Shown here one piece after another: positions 8,560 to 17,741 of a stretch of DNA of 32,000 nucleotides (position 1 is the stretch's first letter; the number at the start of each line of letters is the position of its first letter). The stretch covers positions 92,373-124,372 of the forward strand of contig JAQTTP010000002.1 in the NCBI GenBank assembly GCA_028710695.1, read 5' to 3'. The notes under the pieces were generated by a model. That model was not told the DNA's origin. It made no database searches and saw only the letters and a list, made by a program, of their open reading frames with translations. The translations under genes and the position numbers were made by a program. The stretch comes from Candidatus Iainarchaeum sp. Lineage in GTDB: Archaea; Iainarchaeota; Iainarchaeia; Iainarchaeales; 0-14-0-20-30-16.

Positions 8560-10236
8560 TTACTTATCGTTAAATTCTGTTTTACTTGTTTGGTAGCAAA
8601 CCAACTGTTCTTGGAGATAATTATTATCTTTTGTTGTAGAACTTAAAATATTATACTCCCCAACATCTTTTTCTTCAAAAATGCCATTCTCAAAAGCAGT
8701 TTTGAACCCAAATGTTTTGCTTGCAGTAGGCCCAACAAAAAACAATTGTTCTTCAGGATAGTAGTCTAGCCCATATAGGTAGCTAAACAAAACAGTCTTG
8801 AAATCCAAATGCGATAATAAATTGTTGTCTTCGCGATAGGTTAAATCATTTGCAACAAAAATCAATGGAATATTATATCCTGCAGTTTTGGAATAATCTA
8901 CTTTTTCTCTAAGTCCGTGGTCAGAAACTATTGCAATAAGCAAATCTTTATCCAGGCCCTCTGCTTTTATTTTTTTGTAAAACTCTGCAAGATATTTTGA
9001 ATAATATTCTGTTTTTGACAGCCCGCTTTCTTTAATATACAAATTACTGTGCCCGTAAATAAATTCTTGCATAATAAAGACTTTTTCTTTTTTCAAATCT
9101 TCCAAAAGCCTATCTAATAACACGATATCCTCACATCCAATATCATATGGATATGGATTAAAACACATGAATTCTTTTGTCAGGGAATCATAGTTCTCTT
9201 TTATATCATTTATTTTTGACCATTTGTACTTAGCAAGCTCACAAGGGGCCGCAGTATTAGAGACATAAAAACTAGTATAATAGTTTTCGTCATTAAAATG
9301 ATCCACCAAATTATACTCTTCCATCATTGGATGGCCACACAAACTATACTCTTCAGAATAAGTATATGCTTCCGTTGGAATAAATTGAGATGATAATATA
9401 GTTACCATTGAAGGAACACTATCTTGGTTGTTTGTATAATAATTAAAATAATAATTTGAATTACCTTTTGTTATTCCAAAAAAATTCTGATCTTCTGAGA
9501 CTTTAGAGATATCTTTGTAGAATTCGCCATAAACCAGACTTTCCATGACAAAAACCACAATTTTTTTGTATTTGGACTCTTGTATAAGAGCAGGATAATT
9601 GTTTTGTTTTAAAAAAGATAGATTTGTATCACAATTAAAATCTGTCAAGGTAATTGTTTCTTTTGTTTCGGCCAGGGCATATATTGTATTCACATAAAAA
9701 TTATCAACATTAGAGACAAATATTATTGGGGTGCCGACTAATAAAAGTAAGGCCAAGAAAAGCAGAGGCAATACTGCTTTTTTTGGAAGATGAATTTTTA
9801 TAAAATTAGATAACAAATAAGAAATTACAACAGCAAGTACAAGACAAATTATAAAAAAGATCAGATAATGCCAGGGGAATAAAAATGTAAATGAAAACGA
9901 AGCATTTCCAGAATCAATTGACAAAAAAGACAACCCACGCCCAAACATATCATCCATAAAATACGAGGTAAGATATGCAGTAACTGTATGGAACAGATAC
10001 AAAAAAATAAATACAATTTTACTAAGAATAGTTGAAAGCTTATCAATCCCAATATAAATAAAGAAAAGAAGGGCATATATTCCAGAATCAAAAAGCCAAG
10101 TTGCCAAAATGTACATTGGCCTTGAACTACAAGTTAGTTTCACAGCAAGCAAGCAAATTATTGAAATAAGAATCACAAAGAAAAATACTTTCTTCCAACT
10201 CCATTTCAAAAAAAATGACATAAAATCACACCACAC
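8560..10236 (-). CDS. LtaS/sulfatase-superfamily membrane protein (tandem paralog)
   Basis: Same architecture: KIVVFVMESLVYGEFYKDISKVSE, YTNNQDSVPSMVTILSSQFIPTE, YGHSNLY, LLIAIVSDHGLREK. Confidence 0.82.
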   Translation of the reverse strand: MWCDFMSFFLKWSWKKVFFFVILISIICLLAVKLTCSSRPMYILATWLFDSGIYALLFFIYIGIDKLSTILSKIVFIFLYLFHTVTAYLTSYFMDDMFGRGLSFLSIDSGNASFSFTFLFPWHYLIFFIICLVLAVVISYLLSNFIKIHLPKKAVLPLLFLALLLLVGTPIIFVSNVDNFYVNTIYALAETKETITLTDFNCDTNLSFLKQNNYPALIQESKYKKIVVFVMESLVYGEFYKDISKVSEDQNFFGITKGNSNYYFNYYTNNQDSVPSMVTILSSQFIPTEAYTYSEEYSLCGHPMMEEYNLVDHFNDENYYTSFYVSNTAAPCELAKYKWSKINDIKENYDSLTKEFMCFNPYPYDIGCEDIVLLDRLLEDLKKEKVFIMQEFIYGHSNLYIKESGLSKTEYYSKYLAEFYKKIKAEGLDKDLLIAIVSDHGLREKVDYSKTAGYNIPLIFVANDLTYREDNNLLSHLDFKTVLFSYLYGLDYYPEEQLFFVGPTASKTFGFKTAFENGIFEEKDVGEYNILSSTTKDNNYLQEQLVCYQTSKTEFNDK

Positions 10237-10305
10237 ATTTTATGTTCCTGTTTGATATTTTTGCAATTTTTTCTGAGCATAAATTCAAACTTGACATAAG
10301 ACCAC

Positions 10306-11190
10306 TCAAACTAGTAAAAATATAATATATGCTAAGGGACAAATAATTATAAAATAGATTATAAATTTCTTCCAACTACCATCAATTAAAGCAACAAAAA
10401 CACTTGTAATTAAAGATAGCACACCAATGTAAACATATATTGCTAATTTTGCAGTTTCCAATAGCACCGCATCAAAAGAAAATACATCTATTGTTGTATC
10501 AAAAGAGAAATTGGATACTATGTTCAACACCCATTTCAGCACAAGAGGCACAATTACTGCCGACGATATTAGCAAGGTGTATTTCTGTATTGTAAGCCCA
10601 ACTTGCTTTTCTTTCTCAACAATTTCAGTTTCGATCAGATTTTTTGACAATTTTGTAAATAGTTCCGAGACCTCAATTCCCGATTCATAAGATATTTTCA
10701 AGTAATTTATTATCTGCCTTAACTTTACATTTTTATTTCTCTTAACAATGTTATCTAAAGCATCTTGAACTGCCGTTCCTTTTGTTATCTGAGAATGGCA
10801 GATTTTGAATTCATAAGACAAAACATTATTTGAAATTGAATTATCCGAAAAATATTTTATTATTTCTATGATATCTGTTCCTTTTGGAAACAAAGAGGCT
10901 TGTATTAAAAGATCTGAAAGCCCAAGAGTTATTTTTTTCTGTTTATAATCTTCAAGATAGATGAAAAACAAATAAAAGAACAAAAAAGAAAATAAGGCCA
11001 CAAAAATTATAAGACAAAGTAAAAGAAGTAAAGAAATTGTGCCAATAATATAAAAAAACAACAAAACACTAAATAAAAAAACAAATAATGTAAAGGAGTA
11101 TTTTATATAGTCCGAGAGATCCAGAGAATTTTTGCTTAGAATAAATTCAAAATCAGATTTTAGCTTTGAAAAATTGAAGTTTATTTGCAT
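10306..11190 (-). CDS. Type II secretion system F-domain protein (TadB/TadC/FlaJ-like)
   Basis: TM pair, FEFILSKNSLDLSD..., GTAVQDALDNIVKRNKNVKLRQIINYLKISYESGIEVSELFTKLSKNLIETEIVEKEKQVGLTIQKYTLLISSAVIVPLVL. Confidence 0.75.
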   Translation of the reverse strand: MQINFNFSKLKSDFEFILSKNSLDLSDYIKYSFTLFVFLFSVLLFFYIIGTISLLLLLCLIIFVALFSFLFFYLFFIYLEDYKQKKITLGLSDLLIQASLFPKGTDIIEIIKYFSDNSISNNVLSYEFKICHSQITKGTAVQDALDNIVKRNKNVKLRQIINYLKISYESGIEVSELFTKLSKNLIETEIVEKEKQVGLTIQKYTLLISSAVIVPLVLKWVLNIVSNFSFDTTIDVFSFDAVLLETAKLAIYVYIGVLSLITSVFVALIDGSWKKFIIYFIIICPLAYIIFLLV

Positions 11191-11963
11191 TATCTGCCCT
11201 CCTTAAGATGATAAGGCATTTGATAAACTACAAAAGAGATATAGACAATATCAATTAAAGGAAATACAGCAAAGAATAGGATCATTAGCTGAGTCGGAGT
11301 AATATTAACTTGAATTATAGTAGATCCCACTGTAACAAACATTAGATATAAAGAAGGAAGAATTGCTGTGGCTGCAATAAAAAACAAGGAATACATTACT
11401 AATTTACTTGAATACCCTTTTGCTTCAAGTTTTTGTTTATTTAGTAATTCTTGCGCCAAAGTAGTCAAAATATTATCTTTATACCCAGATTCATAAAGCA
11501 CCATTATTTGTGATAAAGACCTTTTTAGAGGGACTGAATTTATTCGTTCAGCAATTTTAAAGAAAGAATCTTGCAAATTACTGCCTTTTAAATAATTAAA
11601 CAACAACTTTTCAAAAACAATATTTATTGTTTTGTATTTTCGTGAATTTACTTTTATTGAATCCAGAAAATCAGAGTTCAAAAATAAACTTATATCCAAA
11701 TCCATTAAAAAATAAGGCAAATCTTTTTCTAGGTTCCCAATAAAATGTTTTTTCAGCAAGTAAGGCAGCACTAAGCAAAAGGCATAGATACATAAACTAA
11801 AGAACGCAGAATAAACAAGAGCATACACTGAAAAAAAAGGAAATAAAAACGCAAGGAACACAAAATATCCAATTATTAATGATTTAAACATCAACTTTCT
11901 ATATTCTTTTTCGCCCTTGTTAAAAAACAAACTTACATAAAACAATTCTTTCATTTCATTCAC
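11190..11963 (-). CDS. Type II secretion system F-domain protein (TadB/TadC/FlaJ-like)
   Basis: LLKKHFIGNLEKDLPYFLMDLDISLFLNSDFLDSI...NLQDSFFKIAERINSVPLKRSLSQIMVLYESGYKDNILTTLAQELLNKQKLEAKGYSSKLVMYSLFFIAATAILPSLYLMFVTVG. Confidence 0.78.
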   Translation of the reverse strand: MNEMKELFYVSLFFNKGEKEYRKLMFKSLIIGYFVFLAFLFPFFSVYALVYSAFFSLCIYAFCLVLPYLLKKHFIGNLEKDLPYFLMDLDISLFLNSDFLDSIKVNSRKYKTINIVFEKLLFNYLKGSNLQDSFFKIAERINSVPLKRSLSQIMVLYESGYKDNILTTLAQELLNKQKLEAKGYSSKLVMYSLFFIAATAILPSLYLMFVTVGSTIIQVNITPTQLMILFFAVFPLIDIVYISFVVYQMPYHLKEGR

Positions 11964-13524
11964 TTAAAATATATGAATTAAACATTTTACTAAACTCGTC
12001 TATCTTTAGTTCTTTATCAGCAAGTAAAAACTCAAGATAATCCCTTAATTCTTTTGCTAGCACAGAATATTTCTTTCCAAACACAAGTTCTATTTTTTCT
12101 TTAACTTTTTTGCTTTCATTTACTTGCTCAAATTCATTTTTCAAAGCATTATATTTAAACAAGATATTTACTTTTGAATTTTCAACTTCTGCAATTTCAA
12201 ACAACTTTCTTCGTTCTATTTTCTTCCCGTCTTTTATAGAGGTCCACCTTTTTTGTAGAATAATTAAATCCAATGCATTCAAATCCTGCTCAGTTAGCCC
12301 CAAATTCTTAAGCCTAGATATCGTTTCGTTCACGCTAAGCCCATGAAATGTGGCATAGCTTCCCTTTCCCTGGCCCGCAAGAATAGTATCTAAATAGGCA
12401 TCAACTTCTTCTTTAGTCCTTATTTCCCCAACAATCACTCTATCGGGCCGCATTCTTAAAGTTGTTTTTATTAAATCTGTCATATTTATTTTCTGTTCCG
12501 CATTAACTTTCAAGCAAACTCTATGGTTATGGGGGATGTTTATTTCAGGGGTTTCTTCAGTAATAATTATTCGCTCATCTAAAGGAACAAAAGAAAATAA
12601 TGAGTTCAGAAGGGTGGTTTTTCCACTCCCTGTATTTCCTGCAATAAGAACATTAATTTCTGACTGCATGGCCAAGGCAAGAAAAATTGCGAGGTCTAAA
12701 GAAATCGTGTTATTTTTTATAAGATCCAAGGGAGTCAGAGGGTTAAATCTAAATTTTCTTATGGTAATTGAAATTCCAGAATTAACAACCGGCTTAATAA
12801 TTGCATTAAGCCTTGATCCATCTTTTAAACTTGCATTTAAAATTGGGCTAGACAAAGTAATCCTTCTACCAATGTTTCTAGACATTTTATTAACTAGCTC
12901 TCGCAAATAGTTTTCATTAGTGAAATATAAATTTGAGTCATGCCAGCCTTTGTTGATTACATATACACAGATTTTTTTGTCTTTGCCATAACCATTTATT
13001 GCTATTTCCTCAATATCTTTACTATCTAATAAATAAGACAAGGGCCCAAAAGAAAATAATTCTTTTCTTATTATTTCCAACAAATATTTTTGCTGGTCAT
13101 TTTCAAGAATTATATTCTTTAAATTACAAAACTCCACAAATTGTGTTTCCAACTCTGCTTCTAAGTTCTCCGAAGGGATATCTTCTATACTTTTCAAAAA
13201 CACAGACATAAGATATTTTTCTGCATCTGATAGCTTTTTTATTTTTAGAATACAGGATCCGTCAAGATAAAAATTATCAAACTCAGCAGTATCTTTAGAT
13301 CCCGCCTTTTCAAGTTCCCAGCCCAAATCTACTGCAGAATATTCTAAAAGTTCTTTTTCTTCTTGTATTTCAGGGAACTTAAAAGAATTATATTTTTGTA
13401 AAACTTTTCGCTTTAAGTTTTTGAAAATTAGTTTTGTTTTCTTTATCTTACTTTTTTTTGCCTTTATAATTTCCATTAAAAATAAAAAAGGAAAAAGAGA
13501 ATCACTTACTTTGTGATAACTCAT
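11956..13524 (-). CDS. TadA/CpaF/VirB11-FlaI superfamily secretion ATPase
   Basis: NVLIAGNTGSGKTTLLNSLFSFVPLDERIIITEETPEINIPHNHRVCL..., TLRMRPDRVIVGEIRTKEEVDAYLDTILAGQGKGSYATFHGLS. Confidence 0.93.
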   Translation of the reverse strand: MSYHKVSDSLFPFLFLMEIIKAKKSKIKKTKLIFKNLKRKVLQKYNSFKFPEIQEEKELLEYSAVDLGWELEKAGSKDTAEFDNFYLDGSCILKIKKLSDAEKYLMSVFLKSIEDIPSENLEAELETQFVEFCNLKNIILENDQQKYLLEIIRKELFSFGPLSYLLDSKDIEEIAINGYGKDKKICVYVINKGWHDSNLYFTNENYLRELVNKMSRNIGRRITLSSPILNASLKDGSRLNAIIKPVVNSGISITIRKFRFNPLTPLDLIKNNTISLDLAIFLALAMQSEINVLIAGNTGSGKTTLLNSLFSFVPLDERIIITEETPEINIPHNHRVCLKVNAEQKINMTDLIKTTLRMRPDRVIVGEIRTKEEVDAYLDTILAGQGKGSYATFHGLSVNETISRLKNLGLTEQDLNALDLIILQKRWTSIKDGKKIERRKLFEIAEVENSKVNILFKYNALKNEFEQVNESKKVKEKIELVFGKKYSVLAKELRDYLEFLLADKELKIDEFSKMFNSYILSE

Positions 13525-15205
13525 AATCCACTACTTTCTTGAATGCACTATAATCTACATATCCGCCAACTATTGCGTTGCCAACAATAAATGCTGGAGT
13601 CCCATTTAACCCCAAATTGGATGCGAAATCAGCAATATTTGTCAATTCTAAGTTGTATGTAGTTCCATTGTAACAAGTGTCAAATTTAGTTAAATCTAAT
13701 CCTACTTGTTGTGCAACATCCTTTACAACATTAGCATCATACCCTTCTTCAGTAGTAATAAATATTTTTTCATGGTATTGCCAATACTTGCCTTGCTCCG
13801 CAGCACACATTGCTGCCAAAGATGCTAAATGAGCTGTTGGGTGTAAATCAGCAATTGGGTGTTGTAGGTAGTAAAAGTTTACCTTTCCAGCATCAATATA
13901 TTCGTTCTTAAGTTTTCCATAATTGTTTTTGTTGAATTCTCTACACCAAGGACATTGATAATCTGAAAATTCAATTATTGTTACTTTTGCATCTTTACTT
14001 CCTATTGAGTAGTCTTGTGACAAATTCTTTGCAAAGTCTGCCAAGTCAACTAAATAGTAGTAACCTTGAATTCCAACTGCTGCCATTGTCTGAGTCTTAT
14101 ATAGGCCCAATACGTTGTTATCTGTGTCTATATAAGGAGCAATATTTTCATAAAATGGACTTTCAGTAATTTGTCCTTCAAATACATATGCAGGAAGCAT
14201 TTCTATGCCCAAGTCTGAAATAAGTTTTTTTCCAGCAACACTATCTGCATCAACTATTTCGTCAGTAATTGAATAGTAATAATCAAACACTTCAAAAGGA
14301 TTTACATTTTGTTGCTCAAAATAGTCCAAACCAACTTTACCAATTATTTTTACAGTCATTGCTGGCTTTATTGGCTTTCCTAAATTTACATTCTGAACAA
14401 CTGAATCTATAATGTCTAAAGCAAACTTCTCGCCGTCATAAACAAACATAGGGTCTAAGCTCATGAAACCATTCAAAGCAATTGTTTGGAACTGTGAGTC
14501 AACCATGTTTTTCTTGTCTTCTGATTTATAACAAGCATCAAACTTTGTTTTGTCTAAGCCTAATTGAGTAACATAAGAGTTTATTTTTTCGTCAGTATAA
14601 ATTCCAGGAAGCTGTTGTAGATAGTAGTATTTACTAGAATAATATCCAACTGATGTTGCCCCATTGTGATCTTTGTTTGCATTTGTTAATAATAAATCGA
14701 TCATTTCTTTTTCTTTTCCTTGATCTTTAGCACATAATTCTGCTATTTTTGCATTCTTTCCTTCTTTAAAATCAAATCCGCCCAAACTCTTTGAGCTTTC
14801 TATTCCACCATATAGTTCAAACTTTATATCCACACCAGGATATTTTGCAACTAATGACTTATAATTCAAATCATAAAATGCTGCTGTGCTTGGAGACAGA
14901 TAATCCCCATATAAAGTAAATATTACCTTATCTGAAACTATTTCTGTATTATTATCATCAGTTGGTTTTACTTCTTTATTTCCAAAAGCAAAAGCCAAAC
15001 CAATTACTACAATTATTACTATTATTAATCCAAGTATAAAGTATTGATTTGTAAAAATTTGTTTTAATTTGCTGCAATCACAGCTTTTACAACATTTTTT
15101 TGGTTCTTCAACAGTTTCTGCTGTTTTTGTATCTATTTTTTTTACGGGTTTTTCAGTCTTTTTTTCCACTTTCTTTACAACTTTACTTTTCTTCTTAACT
15201 ACCAT
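13502..15205 (-). CDS. Membrane-anchored tandem DsbA/thioredoxin-like protein
   Basis: Lys-rich N-terminus with CCKSCDC, one TM, and a C-terminal DsbA domain IIEFSDYQCPWCREFNKNNY...ALNG/LNGTPAFIVGNAIVGG. An upstream divergent DsbA-like copy lacks CxxC. Confidence 0.88.
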   Translation of the reverse strand: MVVKKKSKVVKKVEKKTEKPVKKIDTKTAETVEEPKKCCKSCDCSKLKQIFTNQYFILGLIIVIIVVIGLAFAFGNKEVKPTDDNNTEIVSDKVIFTLYGDYLSPSTAAFYDLNYKSLVAKYPGVDIKFELYGGIESSKSLGGFDFKEGKNAKIAELCAKDQGKEKEMIDLLLTNANKDHNGATSVGYYSSKYYYLQQLPGIYTDEKINSYVTQLGLDKTKFDACYKSEDKKNMVDSQFQTIALNGFMSLDPMFVYDGEKFALDIIDSVVQNVNLGKPIKPAMTVKIIGKVGLDYFEQQNVNPFEVFDYYYSITDEIVDADSVAGKKLISDLGIEMLPAYVFEGQITESPFYENIAPYIDTDNNVLGLYKTQTMAAVGIQGYYYLVDLADFAKNLSQDYSIGSKDAKVTIIEFSDYQCPWCREFNKNNYGKLKNEYIDAGKVNFYYLQHPIADLHPTAHLASLAAMCAAEQGKYWQYHEKIFITTEEGYDANVVKDVAQQVGLDLTKFDTCYNGTTYNLELTNIADFASNLGLNGTPAFIVGNAIVGGYVDYSAFKKVVDYELSQSK

Positions 15206-15228
15206 AGAATCACCTTAGAATTAGTGTA

Positions 15229-15241
15229 TTTTATATAATAA
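15229..15241 (-). promoter_or_regulatory. Putative TATA box of the 15205->4901 gene cluster
   Basis: Reverse complement TTATTATATAAAA about 25 nt upstream of the start region; AAGGTGATTCT-ATG Shine-Dalgarno-like context. Confidence 0.5.
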
Positions 15242-15331
15242 AGAATAAATAATATAAAGTATTTGGTAAAAATGCAATGGGAAACCAGGCGTAAAATATA
15301 TAAACCCACGCAAGTAGGTTTAAAAACCCGC

Positions 15332-15350
15332 CGAAATGTTTATATATAAC
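15332..15350 (+). promoter_or_regulatory. Putative BRE/TATA promoter for TFB
   Basis: cgaaatgtttatatataac: purine-rich BRE-like sequence followed by an archaeal TATA box. Confidence 0.6.
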
Positions 15351-15414
15351 TTTCAATCCAAAGATATATGATTACTAATTATTTGTAATTCTAAAATCCT
15401 TAGGAGTGGTATTA

Positions 15415-16380
15415 ATGGTGGCTACCTGCCCGTCATGTAATTCAAAAAATATTAAAAAAGACAAAGACAAAGGAGAAGTTATTTGCTACGATTGTGGTAA
15501 TGTTTTCGAGGACAACATAAATTTAGCAAAAGAATGGAGAACTTTCGATTCTAGCGAATACAACAAAAAAGCAAGATCAGGAAGCCCAATGCAGTATTCT
15601 AAACTAAATAAAGGTATTTCCACCATGATTGAAATGGGTGGAAGAGATGCAAGAGGAAACAAGCTATCAAGCGACACAAAAGCACAGATGTACAGAATAG
15701 CAAGATGGCACAAGAGAACAACTGTTTCAAACTCCTTGCAGAGAAACCTTTCTATTGCTTTAACAGAGCTTAGGAGAATAGCGTCATACTTAAACATCCC
15801 TGAGCCACTAATAGAAAAAGCGGCTTTGCTTTACAGAAAGACTGTAGACAAGGAACTAATTAGAGGAAGATTGATTGAGTCCGTTGTTGCTGCTGTTCTT
15901 TATGCTGTTTGTAGAGAATCAAATGTTCCAAGAACTCTAAACGAAATGGCTGAAGCTTCAGGAATAAGCAAAAAGGATATTGGAAGAACATACAGGTTCT
16001 TAACTAAAGAGCTTGAATTAAATGTTCCTTTAACAAACCCAATATACTATATTCCAAGGTTCACTTCAGAACTTGGTTTAAGCGGAGAAGTCCAAGAAGA
16101 AGCAAGAAAGACTTTACAGAAAGCAATAGACCAAGGATTAATTTCTGGAAGAGGCCCAACTGGTGTAGCTGCTGCTGCAGTTTACATCGCTGCTTTGATT
16201 AAGGGAGAAAGAAGAACCCAGAAGCAAGTAGCAAATGTTGCAGGGGTAACAGAAGTTACAATTAGGAACAGATATAGAGAACTTAAAGAAAGATTGGGCT
16301 TAGAAGTCGAAGATGACTTCATAAACGTAGGCGGCCCAGATACAGAAATAGTAACTGATGAAAGCAAAAAGAAGCTATAA
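15415..16380 (+). CDS. tfb: Transcription initiation factor IIB
   Basis: Zinc ribbon CPSCNSKNIKKDKDKGEVICYDCG, B-reader/linker-like region, two cyclin repeats (GLSGEVQEEARKTLQKAIDQGLISGRGPTGVAAAAVYIAALIKGERRTQKQVANVAGVTEVTIRNRYRELKERL). Start set at ATG 15415 behind taggagtgg. Confidence 0.97.
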   Translation: MVATCPSCNSKNIKKDKDKGEVICYDCGNVFEDNINLAKEWRTFDSSEYNKKARSGSPMQYSKLNKGISTMIEMGGRDARGNKLSSDTKAQMYRIARWHKRTTVSNSLQRNLSIALTELRRIASYLNIPEPLIEKAALLYRKTVDKELIRGRLIESVVAAVLYAVCRESNVPRTLNEMAEASGISKKDIGRTYRFLTKELELNVPLTNPIYYIPRFTSELGLSGEVQEEARKTLQKAIDQGLISGRGPTGVAAAAVYIAALIKGERRTQKQVANVAGVTEVTIRNRYRELKERLGLEVEDDFINVGGPDTEIVTDESKKKL

Positions 16381-16417
16381 AACTTCTTTTCTTTTTTTAT
16401 TTTTTATGCATAGAGGA

Positions 16418-17260
16418 TTATTTTGGCTTTCTTAAATGTTCTATCCAAACTCTAAACTTTGATTTTTTAGGGGGCTCTAACTTTTTTGCTAGTCTTTCGT
16501 GATCTTTTCTTAAACTTTCAAGAAGCCCAGAATCTGATAATCTTTTTAAATGGTCTCCAATTACAAATTTGTTTTCTTTTTTTAGCAATTTCAAAAGTCT
16601 TTGTCCAGCAAATATACTTAACTCTCTGCCAAATAATAACTGATTTGTTGCAACAAAATTTAACACATCCAAATTATTGAGAACGCCCACAGACCTCAAT
16701 ACAGATCTTTTTTTATTTGCGCCCTTCCACCATATTGATTTTTTTGTTTCTTTCAAAAGGACCTCAGGGACATTTGGATTCAAACAAATAGCTATTTGAG
16801 TATCTAAACTTGCGTCATGTATCCGAGAAACTAGCCCATTTAAAATTTTTTCTTTGTTTTGAGGAGAAATAACTGTTTCTTGAGGATCAAATAACATTTT
16901 TTTTATGATGCTTGCACCATCTATATTTGCTATTTCTTTTGGATCAAGATTTGTTAATCTCGCAAATAATTGACTTTCGGCATAAAATACATAAACATCT
17001 GTATGGTTTGGGTTCTTTGCTTGTTCATACAAGGTAGCCAGGTCCATAAACTTAAGCCCCAATATTTCATCGGCATCATGTACATTTTTTATGACCCCAC
17101 CTTCAGTTTTAATATGTATAGGTGGTAATGGCCAATTATCTACCCTTATTATACCCCTATGATCAGTAAAAACTACTTTTTGTTTGCCAGAAACTGCCTT
17201 TATTCTTGCGTCAGGATATGTTTTCTTAAATTCTGCCCAGCCATCATCACGACGTTCCAT
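16418..17260 (-). CDS. Conserved-looking hypothetical protein (280 aa)
   Basis: Complete ORF, 23 nt downstream of the Nudix gene on the same strand; no recognisable domain. Confidence 0.65.
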   Translation of the reverse strand: MERRDDGWAEFKKTYPDARIKAVSGKQKVVFTDHRGIIRVDNWPLPPIHIKTEGGVIKNVHDADEILGLKFMDLATLYEQAKNPNHTDVYVFYAESQLFARLTNLDPKEIANIDGASIIKKMLFDPQETVISPQNKEKILNGLVSRIHDASLDTQIAICLNPNVPEVLLKETKKSIWWKGANKKRSVLRSVGVLNNLDVLNFVATNQLLFGRELSIFAGQRLLKLLKKENKFVIGDHLKRLSDSGLLESLRKDHERLAKKLEPPKKSKFRVWIEHLRKPK

Positions 17261-17283
17261 CTATACCACAAACACAAATTAAT

Positions 17284-17721
17284 TTATTTTTTTCCACCAA
17301 TCTGTCCAAGCATTATTATACCCATATAACTCTTAATCATTTTCATATGGTCAAAACCAATTTCGTGTTTTCCTAAATCATCAATAGAAATCCAATCTAT
17401 ACTTTCAAAGTCATCTTCTTTTATTTGTTTTTTTCCACCAGACCAAACACAAATGTAGACCATACTTACATAATGCCCCCTGGGATCTCTTGTAGGATCA
17501 TCATAAGCCCCCAAAGTAGCAATTACATTAACATCATATCCTGTTTCTTCTTTTATTTCTCTTATTATTGCATTTCTTGTTGTTTCACCATATTCCACAA
17601 GTCCGCCTGGCAAAACATATTTTCCACTAAACGGATCTTTCTTTTTTTTCAAAAGTAAAATTTTGTTATTTTGCATAACAATACCGTCAACGCAAAGTAT
17701 TGGTCTTTTTGTTTCAGTCAT
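17284..17721 (-). CDS. Nudix hydrolase
   Basis: Nudix box: GGLVEYGETTRNAIIREIKEETGYDV. Confidence 0.93.
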   Translation of the reverse strand: MTETKRPILCVDGIVMQNNKILLLKKKKDPFSGKYVLPGGLVEYGETTRNAIIREIKEETGYDVNVIATLGAYDDPTRDPRGHYVSMVYICVWSGGKKQIKEDDFESIDWISIDDLGKHEIGFDHMKMIKSYMGIIMLGQIGGKK

Positions 17722-17741
17722 TTTTTCACGCTCCGCAGATA

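Noticed and set aside
5927-14169. Plus-strand ORFs 5927, 6333, 7394, 12110, 12536, 12999, 13978 and minus-strand shadow ORF 9861-10091
   Set aside because: Opposite or alternate frames inside well-supported CDSs; no independent coding evidence.
15486-16367. Minus-strand ORFs 15486-15797 and 16182-16367
   Set aside because: Antisense to tfb, which has unambiguous domain support.
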